A stretch of DNA of 64,000 bases from an uncultured delta proteobacterium (GTDB lineage Bacteria > Desulfobacterota > Binatia > Bin18): assembly GCA_963733195.1 (NCBI GenBank), contig CAVTCR010000062.1:64001-128000 (forward strand), read 5' to 3'. A program made the translations under genes and the position numbers. The notes beneath the pieces are model-generated. The model made no database searches and was not told where the DNA came from. It saw only the letters and a program-made list of their open reading frames with translations. Every line of letters starts with the position of its first letter. Positions within the stretch are counted from its first letter, which is position 1. Below are positions 52,233 to 62,576 of this stretch, in pieces.

Positions 52233-52979
52233 TTATTTCTTGCCGAAGTACTTTTTCATCTCAGTAAAACTGAACTGCTGATGATACTGCAACTCATCGA
52301 GAGGATAGCGATGTTCGCGACCATAGACACAATCGAAGCGCGCACGACAGTAGTCAACGCAGTCGGTTGTCACGCGCAGACGATGCTGCACACAACCAGG
52401 GATATCCCAGCCTTTCTCTGTTGAAATTGCCGAGGCTGGGCAGGCCGCCATGCACGCACGTTCGACACAGGTGGGACAGGGATTAAAACCAGCGGCAACT
52501 GGCTCGGCATGTAATTCTTGGTTAATCAACACCGCAGCTCTGAGCGCCATCCACGGCCCATAAACAGGATGAATCACGACACCCAGTATGCTTGGGCTCG
52601 CCAGACCTGCCGCTTGGGCGATGTGCATGAATGACACCGGCTCATTCCAGAAGCGAAATGGATAGCAATAGCGATATGCAGAACCGGACTGAGCAAGGAT
52701 TGGAGTGAGCATCTTTTCGATAACTTCAACTGTGTAATCGTCGAGAGGGTGCTCACGTTCTTGAAGATAGCCTGGGCGCTTTTGATAGTACGAACGAAAC
52801 CCTTCCCAGAACTGCCCGCCACCGTTGCCAATCACTACTAGTGTCTTCGCTTCGGGAAGGAGCGAGGCGACATGATACTGCGTCGGTACCAATGCTTCGT
52901 ACGCCGTGACGGTTGTCGTGCCGATCAGGTTCAAGCCGTAGGGAGCGAGGGCATCAATGATCGAGTTGAGGAGATCCAC
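52233..52979 (-). CDS. CblC(MMACHC)/QueG-like protein with C-terminal Cys-rich Fe-S motif
   Basis: HPLDDY, AQAAGL, GVVIHPVYGPWMALRAAV, CPTCVERACMAACP..C..C..C..C. Confidence 0.65.
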   Translation of the reverse strand: MDLLNSIIDALAPYGLNLIGTTTVTAYEALVPTQYHVASLLPEAKTLVVIGNGGGQFWEGFRSYYQKRPGYLQEREHPLDDYTVEVIEKMLTPILAQSGSAYRYCYPFRFWNEPVSFMHIAQAAGLASPSILGVVIHPVYGPWMALRAAVLINQELHAEPVAAGFNPCPTCVERACMAACPASAISTEKGWDIPGCVQHRLRVTTDCVDYCRARFDCVYGREHRYPLDELQYHQQFSFTEMKKYFGKK

Positions 52980-53008
52980 TATCTATCCTTTTCGTCATAA
53001 CCTTTTTC

Positions 53009-54289
53009 TCAAGCTGCGGCCATCACTTGCCTACCTGCTTGCATATCCGCCACCACATAGCGCGACCCAATATAGTGAAACAGTGCGGCAAAGATATCGG
53101 CAACAGGTGCGATGAGGAGCATGTATTGTAAGAAGAGTGGGTCACCGCTCATGTCTGTCAGTTTGCCGACCAAGAGGGGAGAAATTCCCGCTGCAACGTT
53201 GATACATAGAACGTATACTGCAACCGCGAGAGAACGAAGCTCTGGTCTGACGAGATCATGCACCACTGCGGCTGCGGGACCGAACCAGAGTGAGCTGACC
53301 GAACTGCCAATAACAATCAAAACGATAAGCATGAACGGAGAGGAAACAAAGAACATCGCGACCAACAGCGGGATGACCAATACGCTACGCACCACCAGAA
53401 TACGCATGCGCGCGTCTTTTCGCTTCTCCATCCAACGGTCAGCAACAATCCCGCCGAGAAACGTCCCTAACAAGCCAGCGATGATGGCACTCACACCAGT
53501 GATAGTCCCTGCAGTTTCGATGCTCATCCCACGCACACGAACCAAAAAGGTCGGAAGCCAAACAGCATAGGCATTCACCGAGAAACCGATGACAGCCATA
53601 CCTGCCAAATGCCAACGCAACGACCGGGTGGTACGCAGGATAGTAAGAAATTGTTTCAAGCCATAGGATGATCCAGTGCTTGACGCAGGTTTGCCGGTGT
53701 CCATCTGGCCACGGATCGGTTCTTTTAAGGTCGCTACGAGCAGCGCCAGCAACAGTCCGGGAATACCCAGCAAGTAAAACGCCCAGCGCCAGCCCCAATG
53801 CTGCGCGATATAGCCGCCAAGATACAAACCCAGGCCATGCCCAATCGGTACTGCACAATTGAACGTTGCTAGAATCGTTGAACGTTTGGCTGGAGGAAAG
53901 TAATCGCTGAGAATCGTCTGCCCGGCCGGGGCACATGTCGACTCACCGACCCCCACACCAGCTCGCACAGCGAACAACGACCAAAATCCGCGAGTCATAC
54001 CAGACAAGGTCGTTAATCCACTCCACACAACCAAACCGATAGTGATGAGCCGCACCCGATTCCAACGATCAGCGAGCCAACCGAGTGGAACACCCATGAA
54101 GCTGTAGAAAATGGCAAAGGGCAGAGCCCCCAAAGCTCCAAGCTGAGCGTCAGTAAGATCTAGGTCTTTCTTAATCAACGGGAAGAGGATGTAGACGACT
54201 TGGCGATCGGCGAGATTCAGAATGTTGACACAGAAAAGCACCGCCAGAACGTAGTACGCATAACGCGAAGCGACATCTGTGCGTGGCAT
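53009..54289 (-). CDS. MFS transporter (spinster-like)
   Basis: NLADRQ, GWLADRWNR, GVGES, SDYFPP; 12 TM pattern. Confidence 0.9.
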   Translation of the reverse strand: MPRTDVASRYAYYVLAVLFCVNILNLADRQVVYILFPLIKKDLDLTDAQLGALGALPFAIFYSFMGVPLGWLADRWNRVRLITIGLVVWSGLTTLSGMTRGFWSLFAVRAGVGVGESTCAPAGQTILSDYFPPAKRSTILATFNCAVPIGHGLGLYLGGYIAQHWGWRWAFYLLGIPGLLLALLVATLKEPIRGQMDTGKPASSTGSSYGLKQFLTILRTTRSLRWHLAGMAVIGFSVNAYAVWLPTFLVRVRGMSIETAGTITGVSAIIAGLLGTFLGGIVADRWMEKRKDARMRILVVRSVLVIPLLVAMFFVSSPFMLIVLIVIGSSVSSLWFGPAAAVVHDLVRPELRSLAVAVYVLCINVAAGISPLLVGKLTDMSGDPLFLQYMLLIAPVADIFAALFHYIGSRYVVADMQAGRQVMAAA

Positions 54290-54315
54290 ATTCTCCTCAC
54301 CCTCCACTTCGACTC

Positions 54316-55062
54316 CTAGTACGTTACGGTAACTAAAAACAATCCCTGCGGTGGAGCGTTCACTCCAGCGCGGGTACGATCGTGTGCAGCAAAGATCGCG
54401 ACAAAGTCTTCGACACTAAGCGCACCGCGACCAACATCAACCAACGTCCCGACGAGGTTGCGCACCATGTGTCGCAGGAACGAATGCGCTTCGACATCGT
54501 AGACGAGAAACTCACCATCTTGTCGGACTTCGCTACGCAGGACGGTACGTCGAGGGTTGTGCTCTACCCAATCTGCCCCTTGGAAAGACGAGAAGTCGTG
54601 TTCGCCGATAAGCAGCGTTGCTGCTTGATTCATGGCTTCCGTATCGAGTGGAAACGACACATGCCATGAGTAACGCGCCCAAATGGCTGACGGCCACCGA
54701 TGATTCCAGATTTGATAGCGATAGGTGCGACTTCGCGCGTCGAAGCGAGGATTGAAGGTTTCTGGAACTTCCTCTATCTGTTTAACGACAATGTCACGTG
54801 GCAACAATCCATTCAATGCGCGTTGCAGGCGATAATGCTCGATAGGTTTTTCAGTTTTGAAAGATGCGACCTGCCCAAGCGCATGCACTCCGGTATCAGT
54901 TCGACCGGCCACGCGAACCCGTACGGCTTCACTGAAAATCTGCGAGAGCGCCGCTTCGAGCGTTCCTTGAATGGTGTCGGCGTTCTTCTGTAATTGCCAG
55001 CCATGGTAATTGGTGCCGTCGTATTCGAGTGTGAGTTTACAGTGCAAGGGGGTGCAGTCCAA
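54316..55062 (-). CDS. truA: tRNA pseudouridine(38-40) synthase
   Basis: YDGTNYHGWQ, GRTDTGVHA, FLRHMVR, APPQGLFL. Confidence 0.96.
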   Translation of the reverse strand: MDCTPLHCKLTLEYDGTNYHGWQLQKNADTIQGTLEAALSQIFSEAVRVRVAGRTDTGVHALGQVASFKTEKPIEHYRLQRALNGLLPRDIVVKQIEEVPETFNPRFDARSRTYRYQIWNHRWPSAIWARYSWHVSFPLDTEAMNQAATLLIGEHDFSSFQGADWVEHNPRRTVLRSEVRQDGEFLVYDVEAHSFLRHMVRNLVGTLVDVGRGALSVEDFVAIFAAHDRTRAGVNAPPQGLFLVTVTY

Positions 55063-55129
55063 AGAGGGAGGTGGGCAGAGCCCACCCTACATTGCCTGAG
55101 AACTGATTACTGATAACTGACCACTGAGG

Positions 55130-55831
55130 TCACGGTTTCACCGGCCCGCCACGATGCTTGCGATAGATGTTGTCACGCCATGAGAAGACTGCGGCAAAAG
55201 AAGGATCGCGTGTTTCTTCTGCTGTGAACATCGCACGAATGGGTGGAGGAACGAGATAAAGATCGTCCGGCGGCGGATTCACCACATTGAGTAAACTCGC
55301 CACTGTGAGGTCGGCGCGAGTAAATGTATCGCCAACCAGATAATTGCGTCCCTCTAAGGCATGCTTGAGAATCGTGAGATTCCGTTGCACCGCGACTTTG
55401 GCATGCTCTTCGGCGTAAGGGGAGTATTGATATTTTTGGCCCATGAACTGTCCACCCTGACGCATCTGTTCATTATCCGAGCGCAAGAACTTACCGAGAA
55501 TCAGGATGCGCCCCTGCGGACCTAACACCCAATCCATCAGCTCTTCCCACATCATGACCTGGGCACGGTCTTTCTCTGATTTCGGTAGTAGTGCGGGAGT
55601 GGGATGCTGCTCTTCGAGCCAGTTCAAGATTGCGGTCGAGTCGGGGATGACTTTACCATTAGCAAGGACTACCGGCACCTGTGCTTGCCCGGTCTGTTTC
55701 TTGAGGTTTTCTTCGCCGGCACCAATCTGGTAATCCTCTTTTTCGTAGGGAACCTTCTTGAATTCAAATCCCCACCGTGCTCGCTCTGACCACGGCGATT
55801 GATACAACTGGATCATTTTGACGGTACTCAT
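55130..55831 (-). CDS. Glutathione S-transferase family protein
   Basis: SPWSER, QVPV..DSTAIL, YLVGDTFTRADL. Confidence 0.9.
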   Translation of the reverse strand: MSTVKMIQLYQSPWSERARWGFEFKKVPYEKEDYQIGAGEENLKKQTGQAQVPVVLANGKVIPDSTAILNWLEEQHPTPALLPKSEKDRAQVMMWEELMDWVLGPQGRILILGKFLRSDNEQMRQGGQFMGQKYQYSPYAEEHAKVAVQRNLTILKHALEGRNYLVGDTFTRADLTVASLLNVVNPPPDDLYLVPPPIRAMFTAEETRDPSFAAVFSWRDNIYRKHRGGPVKP

Positions 55832-55929
55832 GATTCCTCCTTATACAATGTTAAAGTCGTAGCAGCCAACAAAATTTGAATGACTGTCCTTAGTACACAA
55901 CGCAAGAAACAGGAGCGGGTTCTCTTCTT

Positions 55930-56009
55930 CGTCATTCCGGGCAAGGCCGCAGGCCGCGACCCGGAATCCACTCCTCCCCCTCTGGATTCCCGCTTTCGCG
56001 GGAATGACG
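55930..56009. repeat. Palindromic ATTCCC-N8-GGGAAT type repeat doublet
   Basis: cgtcattccggg...cccggaatcca ... tggattcccgctttcgcgggaatgacg. Confidence 0.8.
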
Positions 56010-56053
56010 CCGTAGCTCTTCGCCGGCAAAAACTTACTTACTTAAAGCACTCT

Positions 56054-57124
56054 TTAATTCTCTCTTCGTTTCCCTGTTAGCTCTTTTCGCACAATCGCTG
56101 CACCGGCAACAAGTGCATTCAGTTTTACCCGTGCCAAGCCACGGGAGGAAGCGGAAAATCCGCAATCACAGGTCAAGTAGAGCTTCTCTGGTTTGACATG
56201 CTTCAGTACCATGCGAATCCGCTCCGCAACATCCTCGGGAGTCTCCAAATACATCGATTTCACGTCGATCACACCAGCAGCTAACTCCCGGTCACCACCG
56301 TATTGGCTCCACAATTCTAACTCCGCCATCTCGCGGTTCGCATACTCCAAAGCGAACTGGTCAGCTTTCACTTCAAGAATTCCGGGGAACAGCGGCTTAT
56401 ACGTTCGTTTCATTGCCGGGCGGCCTTGGTTATTGCCAAAGCAGATGTGGAGAGCAAGCTTGGCCTGGACACCTTCAACCGTTTTGTTGAAGAGTTTCAC
56501 AGTTTCACTGACTGGCAGCATTGGCGTGCGGCCAGCCGCAGAGGGTTCATCTACCTGAATAAACGTTGCACCGGCAGCAACGAGTTGACGTAACTCTTTG
56601 TTGACCAGCTCAGCAAGATCATAGAGCATCGGCAGATAGTCACCGTTCGTGTAGCCACCTTTTGGAGTGATCGGCAGAGCGATCGTCAGTGGTCCTGGAC
56701 AGCAGATTTTCAACGGTTTGTCCGTCAGCGTGCGCACGTACTGGTACTCGCCCACCAGACCGAAACCATGCGGGGCCGTTACTCGTTCCACCGTCTCGAA
56801 TCGCGGAGCACTGTCGTAACTTGTGACTCCGAGTTTACGCTGGGCGGGAATGAGTTTGAGGCCAGAAAGTTTTTCAACTACATTCCACAGAAAGCGCTGG
56901 CGACGAATTTCACCGTCCGTGAGAATGTCAAGACCAGCCTCTTCCTGATCCCAGATCGCAATCTTAATCGCATCTTGGACTGCCTCTTCCATATCTGCCG
57001 GACCAGCGTCTCCAGCGCGTAACACGCGGCGCGTCGCGGTCAGCCAGGTGGGCGAGGCATAGGAGCCAACACCCATGGTTGGTAATAATCCGAGATCCAC
57101 TCCGTTTAGCATTGGCATTGCCAT
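56054..57124 (-). CDS. Methionine synthase II family protein (catalytic half of MetE only)
   Basis: VGSY, TDGEIRR, QVDEP, Zn ligands HIC and DCGF; 356 aa. Confidence 0.88.
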   Translation of the reverse strand: MAMPMLNGVDLGLLPTMGVGSYASPTWLTATRRVLRAGDAGPADMEEAVQDAIKIAIWDQEEAGLDILTDGEIRRQRFLWNVVEKLSGLKLIPAQRKLGVTSYDSAPRFETVERVTAPHGFGLVGEYQYVRTLTDKPLKICCPGPLTIALPITPKGGYTNGDYLPMLYDLAELVNKELRQLVAAGATFIQVDEPSAAGRTPMLPVSETVKLFNKTVEGVQAKLALHICFGNNQGRPAMKRTYKPLFPGILEVKADQFALEYANREMAELELWSQYGGDRELAAGVIDVKSMYLETPEDVAERIRMVLKHVKPEKLYLTCDCGFSASSRGLARVKLNALVAGAAIVRKELTGKRREN

Positions 57125-57183
57125 TCCCCCTTTGCCCTAGCACTTTTCACGTTTTACGCATCACGCTTTACGTTTCACGTTCC

Positions 57184-58083
57184 TCATAGCGCCTCTGGAA
57201 ACAACGCGAGTAAATCTGTTCCTTTTGGTGGCTTCCACGGACCACGCACCATGTAAGTTTGCAGGTGGTCAACGCGGAATCCCATCTTTAGCCCGTCGAG
57301 CAACAACTCCTGATGCCGAGCTGGCAACCGCATACGCAACACTTTGCCCCGCTCTATCTCGACAGCACGAGCAATGAGGGATCGTAAGATGGCTGGTTCC
57401 GTCGCTGCGGCTGGACCAAGGAAAGTGCTGGTTCCGGCACGCAAAAGACAGAGATAACCTGTAAGTTTGCCTGCCGTAAGACTGACAAGCTGAGGCGGTT
57501 GATCGGCAAAGAATTGCAGATCTTGGAGTCTGGTGATCCCGCTGAGCTTGGCATCGAGTGCAGCCACTCGTTCTACTTCCTCTAGTGTCATTTCACGAAT
57601 GGTATGGGCGCGAGGGCGTGAAACAGAACGCAGATTTTGACCACTTAACCCAAGGACTGTTCCGCAAGCCACAAACCCGAGCTTGCTATACAGTGGAAAC
57701 GAGGTCGTGTTAAAGGCATCTTGCACCAGCCGTAACGATGGACAGCGCCGCCCGGTGCGGATCACCGCCATCATCAGCTCTTTACCGGCCCCTTTTGCTT
57801 GTGAGGCCGGATCGACAGTGATCGGACCGATTCCAGCCGTATCGCCACGCAGATGGAGAAACCCTGAACCGATCACCTGGCCATTATCGATAGCGACGAA
57901 CGATTCTTGTGGTTCACGCTGCCAATAGCTGCGAGCGATCCCGATACCAACCTCGCGTGAGGGAAAGGGCGGTTGGTATCCATGTCGCGTGAACACATCA
58001 TTGAAGGCGCTGACCATCACCTCTCCGGCGCGCTCAATGTCTTTCTCCTCCATCCGACGAATGATCAATGTCCGTTCTGTCAC
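57184..58083 (-). CDS. Tandem GNAT acetyltransferase
   Basis: VDPASQAKGAGKELM, LYSKLGF; second GNAT-like half with LGP. Confidence 0.85.
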   Translation of the reverse strand: MTERTLIIRRMEEKDIERAGEVMVSAFNDVFTRHGYQPPFPSREVGIGIARSYWQREPQESFVAIDNGQVIGSGFLHLRGDTAGIGPITVDPASQAKGAGKELMMAVIRTGRRCPSLRLVQDAFNTTSFPLYSKLGFVACGTVLGLSGQNLRSVSRPRAHTIREMTLEEVERVAALDAKLSGITRLQDLQFFADQPPQLVSLTAGKLTGYLCLLRAGTSTFLGPAAATEPAILRSLIARAVEIERGKVLRMRLPARHQELLLDGLKMGFRVDHLQTYMVRGPWKPPKGTDLLALFPEAL

Positions 58084-58322
58084 AAGCGTCTTCCTCTACC
58101 AAGACAAAGTCTTACGCGGGCTTGTAGCAAAAAAGTTGGATAGTGTCTGCTCGCACATCCATATGGAGGGTACGATTGGTGATCACTACAACTTCGTAGT
58201 CATTTATTCCCGTTGCCGATGGCTGTATGTTCGTTCTTCTTGCTCGCCGTTTTTGACAGACAAAGCCGGTTCATGTTAGCGTAGCTCCCGCACGTATTCG
58301 TCACCCATAAGGAAGAACAAGA

Positions 58323-59501
58323 ATGGAAACTGCTGGTGAGTTGGCCCCTCCAATACGGATTCTGCTAGGTCCTGGGCCGAGCAATGTCCATCCGCGTGTG
58401 CTGAAAGCCTTGTCCACTCCGCTCGTGGGGCACCTCGATCCCGAGTTTATCCGACTGATGGAAGAGACCAAAGAACTTTTACGGTTTGTTTTCCAAACTA
58501 AGAACGCGCTGACATTCCCTATCTCTGGCACGGGCAGTTCCGGTATGGAAGCCTGTCTCGTCAATCTGCTCGAACCTGGAGATGAAGCCCTCATTGGGAT
58601 CAACGGTGTGTTCGGCACTCGCATGAAAGATATTGTCGAGCGCTGTGGCGCGAAACCGGTTGTGATCGAAACCCAGTGGGGTAACGTCTTTACTCCAGAG
58701 CAGGTGCGAGACGCCCTCAAACACTGCCGTCGACCCAAACTAGTTGCACTCGTCCACGCCGAAACTTCAACCGGCGCGTGGCAGCCGCTCGAAGAAATCT
58801 CACCTCTTGTTCACGGAGCCGGTGCGCTATTTGTAGTTGACGCAGTGACATCACTCGGTGGTTGTCCGGTGCAGGTGGATGCCTGGGGAATCGATGCCTG
58901 TTACAGCGGGACGCAAAAATGTCTGAGTTGTCCGCCAGGGCTGTCACCGGTGACATTTAATCAGGCAGCAATCGATGTTATTCGCGCGCGGAAGTCGAAG
59001 GTCCAGAGTTGGTACTTGGATCTCACGATGATCGAGAAGTATTGGGGAGAAGAGCGCGTGTATCATCATACCGCGCCAATCTCGATGAACTATGCGCTAC
59101 GTGAATCGTTGCGTCTCGTCCAAGAAGAAGGGTTGACTGCTCGGTTCCGTCGTCATCAGCGGAATCATGAGGCGCTAGCTGCGGGATTGGCGGCAATGGG
59201 TATGGCGATGGCAGCTCAGGAAGGACATCGGTTGTGGACCCTCAACAGCGTAACCATTCCAAGCGGTGTAGATGATTCCACGGTTCGACGGCAGCTATTA
59301 GAAGAGTATAATATAGAGATCGGTGCTGGCCTGGGGCCTTTACGCGGGAAAGTTTGGCGCATCGGCCTAATGGGGGAATCCAGTACCCATAGTAATACCC
59401 TCTTGGTATTAAGTGCGCTGGAGAGTATCTTACGGAAGCAAGGATATTCCTGTACCCCGGGGGCCGGAGTGAGTGCTGCCCAGGCAGTATATGCAGCATA
59501 G
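58323..59501 (+). CDS. Alanine--glyoxylate/serine--pyruvate aminotransferase (class V)
   Basis: [39 protein letters not shown]. Confidence 0.92.
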   Translation: METAGELAPPIRILLGPGPSNVHPRVLKALSTPLVGHLDPEFIRLMEETKELLRFVFQTKNALTFPISGTGSSGMEACLVNLLEPGDEALIGINGVFGTRMKDIVERCGAKPVVIETQWGNVFTPEQVRDALKHCRRPKLVALVHAETSTGAWQPLEEISPLVHGAGALFVVDAVTSLGGCPVQVDAWGIDACYSGTQKCLSCPPGLSPVTFNQAAIDVIRARKSKVQSWYLDLTMIEKYWGEERVYHHTAPISMNYALRESLRLVQEEGLTARFRRHQRNHEALAAGLAAMGMAMAAQEGHRLWTLNSVTIPSGVDDSTVRRQLLEEYNIEIGAGLGPLRGKVWRIGLMGESSTHSNTLLVLSALESILRKQGYSCTPGAGVSAAQAVYAA

Positions 59502-59516
59502 AATAACCTGCGAGAG

Positions 59517-60692
59517 ATGAGGAGGCGGGGATGTGGTGGTGGCAGCAGGAACAATACAGAAATAGGAAAAACTCGATGCAGCAGAAGAGCATCTCCCGTT
59601 GGGGGACTGGCTTTTCTTATTGTTTTACTTCTCGGTGCCTTGCCAACAGTCGGGCATAGCCACATAGGAGATGTCGCTCTCCAACAAGAAGATCCAGAGT
59701 TCGTCCCTTTCTTTGCTGATGACTTGGATCGTTCTTCTCTTAAGGCGGCAGTGCTACAGAGCGTAGCTGCCCTGCGCCGACGAGATGAATCGCAGATCCT
59801 CGCTTTTGGCGATCAACGCATCTCTGTCGCTTTAATTCGTGAGAGCCTCGAAACATTCGCGGGCCTGCTAGATACCGAACCTGATATCAGTGCCGCACTG
59901 TTACGGAACTTCGATATCTACCGTGTTACTTCGCCGATTTTATTTACTGGATATCATGAACCAGTGATTAACGGCAGTTTAGTGCAGACAGAACGGTATC
60001 GGTACCCACTGTATGGCGTACCCAACGATTTGCCTGCACGTGGTACTGCAATTCCATACTTCTCGCGGGCTGAGATTGATGGACAAGGTGTCCTCAAAGG
60101 TAGAGGCAGTGAGATTGTGTGGTTAGATGACCCGGTTGAGCGATTCTTTCTGCACATTCAGGGCTCAGGTCAGATTCGCTTGCCCAGAGGGAAGCGCATT
60201 CGCGTCGGCTATGCCGGAGACAATGGCAGATCATATCGCAGCATTGGGCGTTACCTCCTTGATCAGGGAGTTTTACCGCCGGGGCAAGCCTCTACGCAAG
60301 GTATCCGCCGCTACCTGGCAGCACACCCAGAGGAAAGAGATGCAATCCTCTTTCACAATCCCCGCTATATCTTTTTCAAAGCGTCCTCGACTGGACCAAA
60401 TGGACCGGTCGGCAGTTTAGGGGTGCCTCTCACTCCTGGACGCTCGTTAGCCGCTGATCCTTCGATCTATCCTCTGGGAGGACTCGCCTTCATTCATGCA
60501 AGGCGGCCTGTATGGAATGCGCGCAATCAAGTGACCTGGAAAGAGTTCTTCCGCTTTGTCGTTTTACAGGATACTGGCTCAGCAATTCGGGGACCGGCGC
60601 GTGCGGATTTGTTCTGGGGAAGTGCTGCAGAAACCGAAGCCGGTGCAATGGCGCAACGAGGAGAAATGTATCTGCTGGTGAAGAAGCCGTGA
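59517..60692 (+). CDS. mltA: Membrane-bound lytic murein transglycosylase A
   Basis: FTGYHEP, FFLHIQGSG, NPRYIFF, QDTGSAIRGPARADLFWG; start uncertain. Confidence 0.9.
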   Translation: MRRRGCGGGSRNNTEIGKTRCSRRASPVGGLAFLIVLLLGALPTVGHSHIGDVALQQEDPEFVPFFADDLDRSSLKAAVLQSVAALRRRDESQILAFGDQRISVALIRESLETFAGLLDTEPDISAALLRNFDIYRVTSPILFTGYHEPVINGSLVQTERYRYPLYGVPNDLPARGTAIPYFSRAEIDGQGVLKGRGSEIVWLDDPVERFFLHIQGSGQIRLPRGKRIRVGYAGDNGRSYRSIGRYLLDQGVLPPGQASTQGIRRYLAAHPEERDAILFHNPRYIFFKASSTGPNGPVGSLGVPLTPGRSLAADPSIYPLGGLAFIHARRPVWNARNQVTWKEFFRFVVLQDTGSAIRGPARADLFWGSAAETEAGAMAQRGEMYLLVKKP

Positions 60693-60858
60693 GGCGGAAA
60701 AACGTAATACGTCAAGCGTAATGCGTGATGCGTAATGGACGGTACGTGTCACTCTTAATGCTTAAATTCTACATTTTACATTCTGCATTCATCACTCTTC
60801 TCTTGTCGTGTTGCATCTGCCACAATGACGCTATTCTTTTCGCGAGAATACGTTGGCT

Positions 60859-61269
60859 ATGAGTATAACCGCGGCAATCCCCACGCTTGGACTTCGACAT
60901 TTGGCACTGAACGTCGCGGATGTCTCCACTTCTGTCGAGTTTTACTCGTCTCTGTTCGGCATGCAGGTGGTGTGGCAACCAGATCCTGATAATGCCTATC
61001 TATCGTCGGGTTGTGACAACCTGGCGTTACACAAAGTGACAACTCCGGCTTTCCCTACCAACCAACGACTCGATCACCTGGGGTTCCTTGTAAGAACCCC
61101 GGAAGAGGTTGACCATGCCGCTGAAGTGCTCACAGCACATAAGGTCCGCCTTCGTCAGCCACCACGCACGCATCGTGATGGTAGCCGGTCACTCTATTGT
61201 TTTGACCCTGACGGCAACGTCATCCAAGTTTTGTATGAACCAACCCTCAGTGCCCAACGGCTCAGCTGA
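60859..61269 (+). CDS. VOC/glyoxalase family protein
   Basis: LRHLALNV, LDHLGF, HRDGSRSLYCFDPDGN. Confidence 0.9.
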   Translation: MSITAAIPTLGLRHLALNVADVSTSVEFYSSLFGMQVVWQPDPDNAYLSSGCDNLALHKVTTPAFPTNQRLDHLGFLVRTPEEVDHAAEVLTAHKVRLRQPPRTHRDGSRSLYCFDPDGNVIQVLYEPTLSAQRLS

Positions 61270-62005
61270 GGGTACCCTCAACGCTCCTTCGCACTTTTCT
61301 ATTCTGCGCCAGTCCCTGGCATGGGCAGTCCATGCTTATACTGCCTCAGGCACAATCGCGGGCTTTCTTGCCCTGCAGGCGGTTGTCGCTGGAGACGTGC
61401 GCGCCGCGTTTCTGTGGATGCTTATTGCGGTCCTCATCGATGCGACCGATGGCACGCTCGCCAGGATAGTAGAGATCAAAAAAGTGCTGCCATGGTTTGA
61501 CGGCTCTAAACTCGACGATATTGTTGATTACTTCACGTTCGTCATCGTTCCTCTCGTAGCCTTGTATTACTTCAATCTCTTACCTCCTTCAGGAACGGTA
61601 TTCTTTGTCGCCGTGCCGCTGCTTGCAAGTGCTTATGGATTCTGCCAGGCCGCGGCAAAGACTCCGGACTTTTTCTTCACCGGATTCCCCTCCTATTGGA
61701 ATATTGTCGCGTTCTATTTGTACGCACTGCACACCTCACCCTGGGTGAATGGATTGCTGTTGTGCGTGTTGTCCATACTTGTCTTCGTTCCCATCCGGTA
61801 CGTCTACCCGACTCGCACCGTCCAGTTCCGCTTCCTCACTAATACTCTCGGAGCGTCATGGGTGATTGTCTTTCTGGTGTTGATCTGGCAATTGCCAACG
61901 CCGTCGTTGTGGCTGGTTGTCGTTTCCCTCTACTACCCGATTTACTACACGGTTGTATCGTTTTACCTGCACACTACCCACCCAAACACAACACAAAACC
62001 CTTGA
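61235..62005 (+). CDS. pcs: Phosphatidylcholine synthase-like CDP-alcohol phosphatidyltransferase
   Basis: VHAYTASG, DATDGTLAR, DGSKLDDIVDY, FTGFPSYWN. Confidence 0.85.
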   Translation: MNQPSVPNGSAEGTLNAPSHFSILRQSLAWAVHAYTASGTIAGFLALQAVVAGDVRAAFLWMLIAVLIDATDGTLARIVEIKKVLPWFDGSKLDDIVDYFTFVIVPLVALYYFNLLPPSGTVFFVAVPLLASAYGFCQAAAKTPDFFFTGFPSYWNIVAFYLYALHTSPWVNGLLLCVLSILVFVPIRYVYPTRTVQFRFLTNTLGASWVIVFLVLIWQLPTPSLWLVVVSLYYPIYYTVVSFYLHTTHPNTTQNP

Positions 62006-62066
62006 CATAGGGAAAAAGCCGACTCACATTTCCTGTAGGTCTACGAGAGAGCGAGGAACCGATCCT

Positions 62067-62555
62067 ATGGAAGTAGCGAAAGATCGTATTGAGAAAGCAT
62101 CTGACTTATGGCAGCAAGGGTACGAGGCGCAGGCGGAAGGCAACGTAGGAATGGCCATGCGCCTCTATCAAGAGTCACTTGCGACCTACCCGACCGCCGA
62201 AGCGCATACGTTTTTGGGTTGGGCCTACAGTTTTCTCGGGCGTTACGAGCAAGCCATTGAAGAATGCAAGAACGCGATCGCGGTCGACCCCGACTTCGGC
62301 AACCCATACAACGATATTGGTTCATATCTCACACAGTTAGGGAAAGGCGAGGAAGCGATTCCCTGGCTTGAGCAAGCGCTGGTAGCAAAACGCTACGAGC
62401 CACGCCATTTCCCCCACGTTAACCTCGGACGTATTTATTGGGCCAAAGGAGACTTACTCCAGGCCATACGAGAATTTGGCAAGGCAGTAGAGATTGAACC
62501 TCGCCATCTGGTTGCCCGTCGCGCTTTGGCGCTTCTGTCCTCGCAACTGAACTAG
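62067..62555 (+). CDS. TPR repeat protein
   Basis: AEAHTFLGWAYS, DPDFGNPYNDIG, PHVNLGRIY. Confidence 0.88.
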   Translation: MEVAKDRIEKASDLWQQGYEAQAEGNVGMAMRLYQESLATYPTAEAHTFLGWAYSFLGRYEQAIEECKNAIAVDPDFGNPYNDIGSYLTQLGKGEEAIPWLEQALVAKRYEPRHFPHVNLGRIYWAKGDLLQAIREFGKAVEIEPRHLVARRALALLSSQLN

Positions 62556-62576
62556 CGAGAAAGGCATTTATGCTTA

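Noticed and set aside
58323-59501. Aminoethylphosphonate transaminase partner for the PepM-like gene
   Set aside because: Motifs ([15 protein letters not shown]) fit the alanine-glyoxylate aminotransferase subfamily and it lies over 50 kb away
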